Assembly: GCA_964627505.1 (NCBI GenBank) | Contig: CAZVKB010000002.1 | Location: forward strand, 3,434 to 67,433 | Source of the DNA: an uncultured Actinomycetes bacterium | GTDB taxonomy: Bacteria; Actinomycetota; Actinomycetes; S36-B12; UBA10799 | DNA: 64,000 nt | Direction of reading: 5' to 3' | Part shown: positions 24,401 through 33,936 of the stretch, piece by piece | How positions within the stretch are numbered: the first letter of the stretch is position 1 | Layout of the letters: every line of letters starts with the position of its first letter | Notes under the pieces: generated by a model | Told to the model about the DNA's origin: nothing | The model's database searches: none | What the model saw: the letters and a program-made list of their open reading frames with translations, nothing else | Translations under genes and position numbers: made by a program

Positions 24401-25180
24401 ACCAGCATCAACACCGTGGTGTGGCGCGACCAACTAGACCCGCAGGTGGCTGAACCCAGCACGACTGCCTCGGCCAAAGTTATGTCCCAATCCCCCACGG
24501 CCATGCAGATCGAAGTGACCAACCCCGACGGCGAGGAACTGTACCTGGCCTCCGGCATGAGCGTCGATCAACGCTGGCGCGCAAGCGTTGCCGGTGAATC
24601 ACTGGGCGAGCCTGTGACGGTCAACGGTCATTCCATGGCGTGGGTGACGTCTCGGCCCGGCACATATGTTGTGGACTTGGCGTTCGCACCTCAAACCACC
24701 GCGGTGGTTGCACGATGGCTCTCTGTCGCGGTGGTGGCGATTGCGTTGTACCTGGCAGCGTTTGGACGCCGCCGCCCTGACTGGGCCTGTGCGCCCCCAG
24801 CGGGACGCTTGCCGTGGTTACCCAATCCGTGGACAGTCGCCACGCTAGGCACCGTCTGGCTGTGGCTCACCCTGGGTCCGCGCGGCGCCCTGGCTGGTGC
24901 GGTGTTCGGGCTCCTCGTCGGCACTCGCCTCCTGTCCGCAGTCACCGTGACATGGCTGGGCATCACGATGCTCTGCGCCGTCCCGCTGGCCTGGATCATC
25001 GGTAACACTTCGGTGTGGGGACTGGTGTCGCCGACGCTGGTATTGGGCAATCCGCTACCCGCATGGCTGGCGCTGGGCGGCCTCACGATCGTCACGATGG
25101 GGATTGCCCTGCACGCCTGGGATCGTCGACCCGTACGATCTGACACCACGACTGGCCGTGAGGATGTGAGCGTTCCCTGA
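21488..25180 (+). CDS. AftD-like alpha-(1->3)-arabinofuranosyltransferase family protein (DUF3367) with F5/8 type C (discoidin) domain
   Basis: About 1230 aa. The polytopic N-terminal half begins ...LFTPDIKPEVYLNP. An internal NYAVDGDSNTAWVAG...EWLELRF discoidin-like segment is present, followed by C-terminal TM helices. Start set at the Met at 21488 (MLSLSHR...). Confidence 0.78.
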   Translation: MLSLSHRSNGVSSPTVVSAREKLVYAVLGLLLLLLLFTSQRGLFTPDIKPEVYLNPILRLKLDLGTWLPNPSLGTSNYNMGLAPYDGLNAALHVAGVPPEAAPRIIRWVFYLLGAWGAVRLIRTLAPGADSPALRLTTAVVFVLNPYSVVAGSTAAILIPYTLFPWFLAATISTLRNRSWRSAAAAALLFAAMTGMNVGAVPLLQLAALPALVGWLLWRREITVRHALAGLTKLATLSVGVSLYWLLPSVFAAGAATTVIDNSETLTSVASTSSWSEVLRGLGLWPLYGQSISGPWQPGFVPYLADIAVILASFAVLVLAILGTVVTKLPVRTLILALFLVVGSVMVGMHPPEHPSPLGRLLLRAFEAFPSLLALRTTNKAGAGVALALTFGVALLVVWLSRRQLSGLMRATSLTMVAATVLLASQPVWAGQWFLGRWAIPDYWQRASNYLNTSQPGRLWFVPGEVLAHYTWSTSSVDDVNLSWFGNRESLVRTVLPTESPESTNLLFAIDNQLQNGRATGNSLSYMAALLGADQLLVRNDTNWEDYDGAAPDQVMAQVQADPGLSPIVAFGSPGENVDLPVTATEPAPSPLAVFAVPGAQPPTRALPEDATTVLVGDGLGIINTRSFGLLPAEPVLRYAYQLDRDQALALTGASHRWLLTDTNRRTEVASGHLRDAVGPLLTPEQIPASTRALGSEGDQTVAYYKGIDSLSASTYGVMGRGGLYGNPNYAVDGDSNTAWVAGVFADATGEWLELRFDQPQPLDVVQIQSLVTGESRISSFTIQADEQARTAVVRPDGTATTDFRGLTSDTLRITVGGEDNPGVSPVGISELRIDGVEIQRGARLPQTMSAIADLDGGAFADELATSPIDIMMTQSYDSIGLLDDQPVMLRAFSLPVNKTYQAHGFVRPTIPGTLPIQDERGCARIATLDGEPLWAAPLLGAVSATDPWPFTTCDPVFVSAGSHELAPVPETSINTVVWRDQLDPQVAEPSTTASAKVMSQSPTAMQIEVTNPDGEELYLASGMSVDQRWRASVAGESLGEPVTVNGHSMAWVTSRPGTYVVDLAFAPQTTAVVARWLSVAVVAIALYLAAFGRRRPDWACAPPAGRLPWLPNPWTVATLGTVWLWLTLGPRGALAGAVFGLLVGTRLLSAVTVTWLGITMLCAVPLAWIIGNTSVWGLVSPTLVLGNPLPAWLALGGLTIVTMGIALHAWDRRPVRSDTTTGREDVSVP

Positions 25181-26088
25181 TGGCAACGAGCGCAGAACGA
25201 CCGAGCTATTGGCAAGCTGATGCGCCACACTGCGAGGCCTGCGGGAGCCCCTACCTGGCTTGGCAGATTGCACCGCTGTGTGTGTTGTGGCGCTGTCCGC
25301 GATGTGGACATATCGAGCGTGATCTGGCGTTGGCCCCGGCTGGGGCGAGGCCGGAGGCGATCGGCGGAAACGTGCATGCGGACCCGCTGCGCACCCGCCT
25401 CACCGCCAGCCGTCTTCGCCGCCATGTCCGGGGGCGTGATCGCGGTCGGGTCCTGGAAATCGGTGCCGGGGCCGGCGGGTTAGCACGACTGCTGGCCCCC
25501 CAAGCATCGTCATATGATGCCTTGGAACCGTTTTCCGATGCGAGTATCGCTGCCGAGATGGCCGCTCTGGGCGTGAATTGGCAGCAGCTCGGCGTGACCG
25601 AGGCGGAATTCCCACCTGCGAGTTTCGACCTCATCGTGGGCATTCATGTGGTGGAACACATCCACGACATCGCCCCGGCATTGACCCGGATGTCGCAATG
25701 GTTGGCCCCCGGCGGAGTGCTGTATGCGCTCACCCCCAATGCCGACTCGGCCGCACTTCGCACTTTCGGAGCTGATTGGTGGATGCTCGAAGATCCCACC
25801 CACCGGCGCTTTTTCAGTGCCGCATCGGCCCGGATCATGTTGGAGTCGTCTGGATTCACGCGAGCGGTGGTCCGCCCTGTCGTGACGGACTCCCTGATGT
25901 GCGAACCCGCTTCCCTAGCCCGTCGTTTGGGCGCCCGCGGGGTGAGTAGCGAGGCAGACAAACGCGTGATCGCCTTGGGCTTGGCTGCAACTCCTGGACT
26001 TATGGCCTTGCGTACTGTGCGCCCACGATGGTGCGCCGCCATTGAGATCATGGCGGTCAAGGGAACTCCCGCGGAAGTATCGCCATGA
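25180..26088 (+). CDS. Class I SAM-dependent methyltransferase with N-terminal zinc-ribbon
   Basis: CEACGSP...CPRCGH (CxxC...CxxC), motif I VLEIGAGAGGLA, and HVVEHIHD...PGGVLYA. Its ATG shares 1 nt with the upstream TGA. Confidence 0.8.
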   Translation: MATSAERPSYWQADAPHCEACGSPYLAWQIAPLCVLWRCPRCGHIERDLALAPAGARPEAIGGNVHADPLRTRLTASRLRRHVRGRDRGRVLEIGAGAGGLARLLAPQASSYDALEPFSDASIAAEMAALGVNWQQLGVTEAEFPPASFDLIVGIHVVEHIHDIAPALTRMSQWLAPGGVLYALTPNADSAALRTFGADWWMLEDPTHRRFFSAASARIMLESSGFTRAVVRPVVTDSLMCEPASLARRLGARGVSSEADKRVIALGLAATPGLMALRTVRPRWCAAIEIMAVKGTPAEVSP

Positions 26089-27176
26089 CCAGGTCCATCC
26101 TCTGGATGTCGCTACAGGATGAACGACCACATCGGGAATACCACTGGCTCTCCCGTATGCCCGATACCAGCGTGACGGTCGCCGGTGGGCCGCCACCGTC
26201 ACCGGCTGATGGCTGGATCCCCCGCGACTACCGGCGCCTGACCCGGCGCTTCACCGAAGCCGTCTCGCTGTCGTGGATGGCCAAGACGGCCACCCTCCCA
26301 GGCAGTTTCGATTGGGTGGCGTCGCTGGAACTGTGCTCGCTGGTGTCAGCTCAAAGTGCCCAGGTGGCCCGGCGGATCGGCGCCAAACACGTGGTGACGA
26401 TCTGGGCGAATGACCCGGAGTTGATGTTCTACCGACTGCCGCCCTATAGCCTGGCTACCCGCGCTACTCGGCATGCGGATCTCTACCTGAACTTCATTCG
26501 CGCCGGGTACGACCACTGCCTGGCTCTCGGGCTCCCGGAAGAGCGATGCTTCTACGTGCTCCCTGGAGTTGATACCCAGGCATTCACGCCGGCGAGCACC
26601 GCTCCGGACCGGCCGACTCTCATGTTCGCCAGCGGCCTGGTGCCGAAGAAGGGCATCGAACTGATCCTGCGCGCTTTCGTCGATGAGGTGCTACCCAGCC
26701 GACCCGAGGCACTGCTGCGCTTCATGGGTGCAGGTCCGGAAGTCAGCCGGGTGCAACGCGCCGCGCTACGACACCCGCACAACATCGAACTGTTGCCGCC
26801 TGGCGGCCAGGAAGATGTGGCGGCACGTTTGCGGGAGGCCACCGTCTTTGTGACTGCCCCGGTGGCGCAGCGTCGCTGGAACGAGCAATACGGCTTGGCG
26901 TATCTGGAAGCGATGGCCTCAGGACTCCCCATCGTCACGACCATCACGGGCACCAACCATGAAGCGGTCCGGCCACCCAACATCCGCACCCGCCACGATT
27001 CCCGTGATTTGGGGCAGGCTTTGCTGTATCTGATCGACAATCCTGCGGAAGCCAGCAGAATCGGCGCCTACAACCGACGCCTGGCGATATCGGATTTTGA
27101 TTTGGACACACAATGCCGACGGATGGGTGAGGTGTTCGACACCGTCGAAGCCCGAACTGACGCTGCACCCGGCTAA
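26085..27176 (+). CDS. Glycosyltransferase family 4 (GT-B)
   Basis: GLVPKKGIELILRAF... and the EX7E-type motif EQYGLAYLEAMASGLPIV. ATGA overlap with the upstream gene. Confidence 0.85.
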   Translation: MTRSILWMSLQDERPHREYHWLSRMPDTSVTVAGGPPPSPADGWIPRDYRRLTRRFTEAVSLSWMAKTATLPGSFDWVASLELCSLVSAQSAQVARRIGAKHVVTIWANDPELMFYRLPPYSLATRATRHADLYLNFIRAGYDHCLALGLPEERCFYVLPGVDTQAFTPASTAPDRPTLMFASGLVPKKGIELILRAFVDEVLPSRPEALLRFMGAGPEVSRVQRAALRHPHNIELLPPGGQEDVAARLREATVFVTAPVAQRRWNEQYGLAYLEAMASGLPIVTTITGTNHEAVRPPNIRTRHDSRDLGQALLYLIDNPAEASRIGAYNRRLAISDFDLDTQCRRMGEVFDTVEARTDAAPG

Positions 27177-27183
27177 CAACTGA

Positions 27184-27230
27184 CCGACCCCCGCTCCCCG
27201 CAGCCAGCGGCTGGGAGGAACGGGGGTCGG
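27184..27230. terminator. Bidirectional intrinsic-terminator-like hairpin between convergent GT4 and rpsA
   Basis: Perfect 10-bp inverted repeat CCGACCCCCG (27184-27193) / CGGGGGTCGG (27221-27230), with further internal pairing (CTCCC/GGGAG, CAGCC/GGCTG). Confidence 0.6.
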
Positions 27231-27247
27231 CTTGCGTCGGGAAGCGG

Positions 27248-28738
27248 TTACGCGCCGCCGGTGAGTTTCTCACGCAGGGCACGCAGAGCTTCGTTCTCTT
27301 CTTCGTCGAGGGCACCCGAGGGTTCCGCCGGCGTGGACGAGTAACCGGTGCCGGCAGCGGCAGCAGCCGCGCTCGCTGCTTCGGCGTCGGCCTTGCGAGC
27401 TTCGGTGATCTGCTCGCGGTGCTGTTCCCAACGGGCATATGCCTCGTTGTACTGGCGCTCCCACTCGGCCCGTTGGGCGTCGTAGCCCTCCAGCCATTCG
27501 CCGCGCTCGGGGTCGAAGCCTTCCGGCCCCACGTAGGCACCGTTGTCGTCGTAGGACAGCGGCATCCCGTAGAGGTAGGGGTCGAACTCCTCCACCTCGT
27601 CGCCGGCGCCCGAATCGTTGGCCTGCTTGAGGCTCAGCGAGATCCGGCGGCGTTCCAGGTCGATGTCGATCACCTTCACGAAGATGTCGTCGTTGACCTG
27701 CACCACTTGCTCGGGGATTTCCACGTGGCGCTCGGCCAGTTCGGAGATGTGCACCAGACCTTCGATCCCTTCGTCCACCCGGACGAACGCACCGAAGGGT
27801 ACGAGTTTGGTGACCTTGCCGGGAACCACTTGGCCGATGCCGTTGGTGCGGGCGAAGTGCTGCCACGGGTCTTCTTGGGTGGCCTTGAGGCTCAGCGACA
27901 CCCGTTCGCGGTCCATGTCGACATCGAGCACCTCGACGGTGACCTTGTCGCCCACCTCCACGACCTCGTTGGGGTGGTCGATGTGCTTCCAGGACAGTTC
28001 GGAGACGTGCACGAGACCGTCCACACCACCGAGGTCCACGAACGCCCCGAAGTTGACGATGCTGGAGACCACACCCTCGCGCACCTGCCCCTTCTGCAAG
28101 GTGTTGAGGAAGTTGTGACGGGTTTCGGACTGGGTCTGCTCCAGCCACGCCCGACGCGAGAGCACCACGTTGTTGCGGTTCTTGTCGAGTTCGATGATTT
28201 TGGCTTCGATCTCCTGACCCACATAGGGCTGGAGGTCGCGCACCCGGCGCATCTCCACAAGAGATGCGGGCAGGAAGCCACGCAGGCCGATGTCCACGAT
28301 CAGCCCACCCTTGACGACCTCGATGACCGTTCCGGCCACCACTTCGTCGCGCTCCTTCTTGGCTTCGATGTCGCCCCAGGCGCGCTCGTACTGGGCGCGC
28401 TTCTTGCTCAGGATCAGCCGACCGTCCTTGTCCTCTTTCTGCAGGACCAGGGCCTCGACGTGGTCGCCCACGGAGACAATTTCGGTGGGATCGACATCGT
28501 TCTTGATGCTCAGCTCGCGCGAGGGGATGACGCCCTCGGTCTTGTAGCCGATGTCCAGCAAAACTTCGTCACGGTCAACTTTGACGATTTCGCCCGAGAC
28601 AATGTCGCCATCGTCGAAGTTTTTGATGGTCTTATCGATCGCTGCGATCATCGCGTCGTTGTCGCCGATGTCGTTGATGGCGATTTCGCGGATCGGGGTG
28701 CTGGGCTCGGTGGGGAGTGTGGGGTCGGTGGACGGCAT
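27248..28738 (-). CDS. rpsA: 30S ribosomal protein S1
   Basis: Starts at the internal Met: MPSTDPTLPTEPSTPIREIAINDIGDNDAMIAAIDKTIKNFDDGDIVSGEIVKVDRDEVLLDIGYKTEGVIP. Four S1 repeats. 496 aa. Confidence 0.95.
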   Translation of the reverse strand: MPSTDPTLPTEPSTPIREIAINDIGDNDAMIAAIDKTIKNFDDGDIVSGEIVKVDRDEVLLDIGYKTEGVIPSRELSIKNDVDPTEIVSVGDHVEALVLQKEDKDGRLILSKKRAQYERAWGDIEAKKERDEVVAGTVIEVVKGGLIVDIGLRGFLPASLVEMRRVRDLQPYVGQEIEAKIIELDKNRNNVVLSRRAWLEQTQSETRHNFLNTLQKGQVREGVVSSIVNFGAFVDLGGVDGLVHVSELSWKHIDHPNEVVEVGDKVTVEVLDVDMDRERVSLSLKATQEDPWQHFARTNGIGQVVPGKVTKLVPFGAFVRVDEGIEGLVHISELAERHVEIPEQVVQVNDDIFVKVIDIDLERRRISLSLKQANDSGAGDEVEEFDPYLYGMPLSYDDNGAYVGPEGFDPERGEWLEGYDAQRAEWERQYNEAYARWEQHREQITEARKADAEAASAAAAAAGTGYSSTPAEPSGALDEEENEALRALREKLTGGA

Positions 28739-28894
28739 GAATGAAGTGGACTCCGGATAGTTGTAGACAGCGGTTGGGTACTGCTGGTGCACGACACAGT
28801 GCAAGGGCAGCCTACCGGGTAGTGCGCCGGGATGGGTCAAGCCCCCTGGGCCAGCTGCCCGACCGGTGCACGGCACGTCGGCAGGGCAGCTGAC

Positions 28895-28917
28895 CCAGGT
28901 TCACTTGCGTGCGCTGA
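28895..28917 (-). terminator. Hairpin downstream of the DUF3068-like gene (possible terminator, no U-tract)
   Basis: TTGCGTG (28895-28901) / CACGCAA (28911-28917): a 7-bp perfect stem with a 9-nt loop, 16 nt after the stop codon. Confidence 0.3.
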
Positions 28918-28932
28918 GGTCACGCAAACAAA

Positions 28933-30120
28933 TTACTTCTCGGACTTCGGCTGGGTATCGTCGTCCGATGCCGGGGACTCATCCGATGCCTGGGAGTCGT
29001 TCCCGGTGCTGGCGTCGCTCGCAGTGCTGTCGGCTTGCGTGGCAGAGTCACTCGATGCCGCACCGGCGGCCACACCGACCTTCGCCTCGGATGCGGCGTG
29101 CGCAGGCACCACCTTCGTGCGTTTGCGTCCGATGGCGATCAGCACGATGCCCATGATGGCCAGCACCAGACCGAGCACACCGAGCATGATCGGCACCAGG
29201 AAGGTGCCCGTGGTGAGTAGTTCCACCTGACCCTTGACCGTTTCGGCGTTCTCCTCGACGTTGGCGCTCTTGGCCTCTGTCTGGAGCACCTTGACGATGT
29301 CCGTGTCGCCGCCGTTGAGGCGCAGCGTGAACGTGGAGTTGATGGTGCCATCCACGATTTCCCCGGTGACCGGTTCTACCAGGAAGGTGTTCTGCGCAGT
29401 GTAGAACTGGTACAGCCCGACTTCTTGATCAACGGGAAGCGCGTCCACCGCTGGCGAAATGTTCGGCGCAATCACGCTCACCAGTAGCTTGGCTTGGTTC
29501 AGCGGCAACTTGATGTAAGGCTCACCGGGCACCTGCACAACGGCGATGTCCTGGGTGAACTTGTACAACTCCAGACCGTACGCCTGCTCCGTACCCTGGT
29601 AGATGGTGGGAACTGGCGCCAACAAGGTGGGGTCGAATACCTGTAGGTCAGCTTGCGGCACATTGAACGGGAACTTCAGCGGCATGATGCCGGCAAACTC
29701 CACATCCGAATTGCCATTGACGCTGGCCCCGCAGCAGTTGATCAACTCGCTGTTGTCTTCATTGAAGGCGTAGGTGGCGGCACTGGCGATCAACTCTTGG
29801 TTGTTGTCGGTGCGGGTGACCACGTTGGTAGTGGTGAACACCGTGGCGCCGGTTTCCTGTGCGGCCGGTTCCGCCATTGCCGCGGCGTCGGCCTTGGTGA
29901 CCCGGGTGGACTTGGCGGTGATGGCCTCATACGGGTCGTTCGGGGCGCTCAGCAGACGATCGGTGTTCAAAATCTGGCCGGTGATGTCGCCATAGGTGGT
30001 GGAGTCGGTGGATCTCAACTCGCTCGACACCATATTTGGCACCACCACTGTGGGTACAAGCACAGCGGCGATCAGGGCGATCACACCGGCGATCAGCAAG
30101 ACGATGCCGGTCGGTTTCAT
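28933..30120 (-). CDS. DUF3068-like (PorA-family-like) membrane protein with acidic Ser/Asp-rich C-terminal tail
   Basis: Start at MKPTGIVLLIAGVIALIAAVLVP, preceded by AGGAGGAG. N- and C-terminal TM helices flank a ~330-aa extracytoplasmic body. Family call from memory. Confidence 0.6.
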   Translation of the reverse strand: MKPTGIVLLIAGVIALIAAVLVPTVVVPNMVSSELRSTDSTTYGDITGQILNTDRLLSAPNDPYEAITAKSTRVTKADAAAMAEPAAQETGATVFTTTNVVTRTDNNQELIASAATYAFNEDNSELINCCGASVNGNSDVEFAGIMPLKFPFNVPQADLQVFDPTLLAPVPTIYQGTEQAYGLELYKFTQDIAVVQVPGEPYIKLPLNQAKLLVSVIAPNISPAVDALPVDQEVGLYQFYTAQNTFLVEPVTGEIVDGTINSTFTLRLNGGDTDIVKVLQTEAKSANVEENAETVKGQVELLTTGTFLVPIMLGVLGLVLAIMGIVLIAIGRKRTKVVPAHAASEAKVGVAAGAASSDSATQADSTASDASTGNDSQASDESPASDDDTQPKSEK

Positions 30121-30225
30121 AAGTCTCCTCCTTGAAGCGTCAGGAGTTGTGACTGTAATGCACACGCCGCGCAGCTTTGTGACATCGGCCCGCTGCACGC
30201 GATCTAGGCCACATCCCCGGCGGAC

Positions 30226-33087
30226 CTAAGCGAAGGCCTCCGGAGGCGGACAGGCACAGGCCAAATTGCGGTCACCATAGGCCCCATCGATGCGTCCCAC
30301 CGGCGGCCAATATTTGTCCCGGGTACCGGCCGGGAACGCACCTACTGCGCGCGAATACTCCCGATCCCACTCCCCGGCCAGGCTGCTAGCAGGGTGCGGC
30401 GCGAGTCGTAGCGGGGATTGCGCCGCCGCGATTCGACCAGCCTCAACCTCGGCGATTTCGGCCCGAATCCGCACCATGGCATCGATAAAGCGATCGAGCT
30501 CGGCCAGGTCTTCACTCTCAGTCGGCTCCACCATGAGCGTGCCGGCCACCGGGAACGACATGGTCGGAGCGTGAAAACCGTAGTCCACGAGGCGCTTGGC
30601 AACATCATCGACGGTGATCCCAGAGTCCTTGGTGATCGGCCGCAAATCCAGAATGCATTCGTGTGCGACGAAACCACCTGGCCCGGTGTAGAGCACCGGA
30701 TAGTGCTCACGCAGTCGAGTCGCGACGTAGTTTGCCGCCAGCACCGCCATGGAGGTGGCCCTGCGCAAACCCTCCGCGCCCATCATCCGAACGTAGGCAT
30801 AGGAGATGGGCAGCACCCCTGCGCTCCCCCACGGCGCGCCGCTGACAGGGCCGATGCCACCGTCCGGGAAGCCCCGCCCACTCGGCCCGGCGTCGGGGCG
30901 CAGGGGGTGTCCGGGCAGGTAGGGCGCTAGATGCGCGCGCACCGCTACCGGACCCACGCCGGGACCGCCTCCCCCATGAGGGATGCAAAAGGTCTTGTGC
31001 AGGTTCAGGTGCGAGACGTCCGCACCGAACTTGCCGGGTCGGGCCACTCCAACCAAAGCGTTGAGATTGGCCCCATCGAGATATACCTGGCCACCGGCGT
31101 CGTGCACCATGGCGCACACCTCGGCGACATCGTGTTCATAGACGCCATGGGTGGAGGGGTAGGTGATCATCAGCGCAGCCAGTTGGTCGGCGTGGGCGGC
31201 GATCTTGGCGGCGAGATCACCGAGATCGACATTGCCCTGGTCGTCACATGCCACGACCACCACCCGCATGCCAGCCATGACCGCACTGGCGGCGTTCGTG
31301 CCGTGCGCGCTGGACGGGATCAGACACACGTTGCGCTGCGATTCACCCTGAGCCCGCAGATAGGCGCTGATCGCCAGGAGCCCGGCGAACTCCCCCTGGC
31401 TGCCCGCGTTGGGCTGCACCGACACGGCGTCGTATCCGGTGATTGCCGCTAGCCACGACTCCAGATCGGTGATGAGTCGGGTGTAGCCGCGACTCTCGTC
31501 TGCGGGTGCGAAGGGGTGCAGATCGGCGAATTCCGGCCAGGTGATGGGTTCCATTTCGGTAACAGCATTCAGCTTCATCGTGCATGAGCCCAGCGGAATC
31601 ATGCTGCGATCCAGCGCCAGATCGGCGTCCGCCAGGCGGCGCAGCAGACGCATCATGGCGGTCTCACTGTGGTAGTCGTGAAACCACGGATGGGTCAGGA
31701 AGTCGCTGCTGCGGACCAGTTCGGCTGGAATGCCCACCTCGGGGGCAGCAGCGGCATTGGCAGCGGCCGACCGGTCATCGGCGGTTTCCAGGCCAAAGGC
31801 AGCCAGCACCGCCGCCACGTCGCCATCGGTGGTGGTCTCTGAGAACGACACCCCCACCGTGTCCTCATCTACGAGCCGCAGGTCGATGCCACGTTCCCGA
31901 GCTGTGCTCACCACTGTGCGCGCTGTCCCCGGAGTCAGCACCGTCACGGTGTCAAAAAAGTACTGCGCACCCAGGGTGAAGCCCGCATTTTGCACCACCG
32001 AGGCAAAGTCGCGCGCTTGCTCGGCCACTTTGCGCGCAATCTCGGTTAAGCCCTCGGGACCGTGATAGGCGGCATACATGGCGGAGACCACCGCGAGCAG
32101 CACCTGGGCGGTGCAGATGTTGCTCGTGGCCCGTTCCCGGCGGATGTGTTGTTCACGAGTCTGCAGGGCTAGCCGATAGGCCGGCGCTCCGTCGGCGTCT
32201 TTGCTCACTCCCACCAGCCGCCCGGGCAACTGCCGAGCCATGGCGTCGGTAGTGGCCATGAATCCGGCGTGCGGGCCACCGAAACCCATCGGGACGCCGA
32301 ATCGCTGTGCCGACCCGATGGCGATCGCTGCTCCCAATTCGCCCGGCGGGGTCACCAGGGTGGCGGCGAGCAGATCCGTCGCAACTGCCACCACGATGTC
32401 TTGTGAACTCAACTTCGCGATCACCGCAGCGACCTGCGGCAGCAGTCGCCCGGAAGAGCCCGGATAACTGATCAACGCCCCAAAGGCGTCTCCGTCTGGG
32501 ATGTCACCGCTGGCTGGATCGAAGGCCACCAACTCGACTCCCACCGGGGCAGCCCGGGTGGCGAGCACTGCCCATGTCTGCGGGTGGGTGTCGATATCTA
32601 CCAAGAACTTCGCACTCGGAGTCGAGCTCACCCGGCGTGCCAGCGACATCGCTTCAGCGGCCGCTGTGGGCTCATCGAGCAGGCTGGCGTTGGCGAGTGG
32701 TAGTCCGGTGAGGTCGGCCACCATGGTTTGAAACATCAGCAGCGCCTGCAAGCGACCCTGGGAGATTTCTGGTTGATACGGCGTGTAGGCGGTGTACCAA
32801 CCTGGATTTTCCAACAGGTTTCGTCTGATCACCGCAGGTGTGATGGTGCCTGCGTAGCCCATCCCCAGCATGGCGATTCGAGGGGCGTTTGCCGACGCGA
32901 TCGCACGCAACTCGGCAGCTGCGGCAACTTCGCTGAGTGCCGGCGGCAACGGCAACTCCGTAGCAAAAATATCCTTCGGCACAGCTGCGACAAGTAACTC
33001 TTCGAGACTGTCGACACCGACGGTTGCCAACATGCGCGCTACTTCATCACCCTGGGGGCCGATGTGGCGATCAGCAAATGAACTCAC
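30226..33087 (-). CDS. gcvP: Glycine dehydrogenase (aminomethyl-transferring), glycine cleavage P protein
   Basis: 953 aa, single-chain P protein: (M)[10 protein letters not shown]..., with a PLP region ...[22 protein letters not shown] start at 33087. Confidence 0.97.
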   Translation of the reverse strand: MSSFADRHIGPQGDEVARMLATVGVDSLEELLVAAVPKDIFATELPLPPALSEVAAAAELRAIASANAPRIAMLGMGYAGTITPAVIRRNLLENPGWYTAYTPYQPEISQGRLQALLMFQTMVADLTGLPLANASLLDEPTAAAEAMSLARRVSSTPSAKFLVDIDTHPQTWAVLATRAAPVGVELVAFDPASGDIPDGDAFGALISYPGSSGRLLPQVAAVIAKLSSQDIVVAVATDLLAATLVTPPGELGAAIAIGSAQRFGVPMGFGGPHAGFMATTDAMARQLPGRLVGVSKDADGAPAYRLALQTREQHIRRERATSNICTAQVLLAVVSAMYAAYHGPEGLTEIARKVAEQARDFASVVQNAGFTLGAQYFFDTVTVLTPGTARTVVSTARERGIDLRLVDEDTVGVSFSETTTDGDVAAVLAAFGLETADDRSAAANAAAAPEVGIPAELVRSSDFLTHPWFHDYHSETAMMRLLRRLADADLALDRSMIPLGSCTMKLNAVTEMEPITWPEFADLHPFAPADESRGYTRLITDLESWLAAITGYDAVSVQPNAGSQGEFAGLLAISAYLRAQGESQRNVCLIPSSAHGTNAASAVMAGMRVVVVACDDQGNVDLGDLAAKIAAHADQLAALMITYPSTHGVYEHDVAEVCAMVHDAGGQVYLDGANLNALVGVARPGKFGADVSHLNLHKTFCIPHGGGGPGVGPVAVRAHLAPYLPGHPLRPDAGPSGRGFPDGGIGPVSGAPWGSAGVLPISYAYVRMMGAEGLRRATSMAVLAANYVATRLREHYPVLYTGPGGFVAHECILDLRPITKDSGITVDDVAKRLVDYGFHAPTMSFPVAGTLMVEPTESEDLAELDRFIDAMVRIRAEIAEVEAGRIAAAQSPLRLAPHPASSLAGEWDREYSRAVGAFPAGTRDKYWPPVGRIDGAYGDRNLACACPPPEAFA

Positions 33088-33179
33088 TGGTAAACGCTAT
33101 CCGCACCTGCGGGATTGCGCCTGCGCGCCCTTCGCCTTACCCGCTTGTACGGGTGCGAGCAAGGCCTGGACGGTGCAGG
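33088..33179 (-). ncRNA. Candidate (weak) single-aptamer glycine riboswitch-like leader of gcvP
   Basis: Minus-strand RNA ...GCACCCGUACAAGCGGGUAAGGCGAAGGGCGCGCAGGCGCAAUCCCGCAGGUGCGGAUAGCG... has a hairpin (ACCCG/CGGGU), a GCGAAGGG segment resembling the CCGAAGG(A/G)GCAA core, a second hairpin (GCGC/GCGC) and CGCAGG...GGAUAG resembling CUCAGGCAAAAGGACAG. The conserved GGAGAG is missing. By eye only. Confidence 0.25.
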
Positions 33180-33752
33180 TCAGCCGGTCTTGCGGGAGCG
33201 CCGAGCGGCCAATTCGTCCGACACTCCGCCAGGGACGACCAGTTCGCCTGACAGGTTCTCCTGCGGGAAGCGGGCAAGCGTGCCTGCGACCTCGGAGCGG
33301 ACCTTGCCGATGGCTATCCCGAACACTCCTTGGCCACCGCGCATGATGTCGATGACTTCGTCTTCGGTGGTGCATTCGAAGATCGAGGCTCCGTCGCTCA
33401 TGAGGGTGACCTCGGAGAGGTCCTCCACGCCACGCTCCCGCAGGTGGTCCACTGCGCGACGGACGTTCTGCAACGAGACGCCTGTGTCCAGGAGTCGCTT
33501 GATCACTCGCAGCACGAGGATGTCCGTGAAGGAGTACAGCCGTTGACTGCCGGATCCTGTGGCCGAGCGAATACTCGGCACCAGCAGACCGGTACGCGCC
33601 CAATAGTCCAACTGCCGGTAGGTGATCCCGGCCGCCGCACACGCTGTGGCACCCCGATACCCCACCCCGTCGGCGAATTCCTCATCAGACTCGAACAGCG
33701 TCTGCTGTTGGCCATGGCTCGCCAAGGTCGCCGCAGTCTCCGACTCCGACAT
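33180..33752 (-). CDS. MerR family transcriptional regulator (Rv1830-like)
   Basis: ...GYRGATACAAAGITYRQLDYWARTGLLVPSIRSATGSGSQRLYSFTDILVLRVIKRLLDTGVSLQNVRRAV. Start set at MSESETAA. Confidence 0.8.
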   Translation of the reverse strand: MSESETAATLASHGQQQTLFESDEEFADGVGYRGATACAAAGITYRQLDYWARTGLLVPSIRSATGSGSQRLYSFTDILVLRVIKRLLDTGVSLQNVRRAVDHLRERGVEDLSEVTLMSDGASIFECTTEDEVIDIMRGGQGVFGIAIGKVRSEVAGTLARFPQENLSGELVVPGGVSDELAARRSRKTG

Positions 33753-33936
33753 CAGATCTCCTCCTCGCGGGCCCATTCGACACATCGCCGACTTCGACGA
33801 TTGAAAGCCACAAATGCAGGCTATGGACCGATCTCGCCCACGTCAACGACAACACTCAATAACACACCCATGAAATTCCACTCCTGCAACTCTAAATCTA
33901 GATTAGAGGTTGAGACTTGAGATGGTTCACGGTGTT

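Noticed and set aside
27419-28744. 441-aa plus-strand ORF (also 27270..28148 on the minus strand)
   Set aside because: It lies antisense or out of frame to rpsA, which has four clear S1 repeats. The product has no recognisable motifs.
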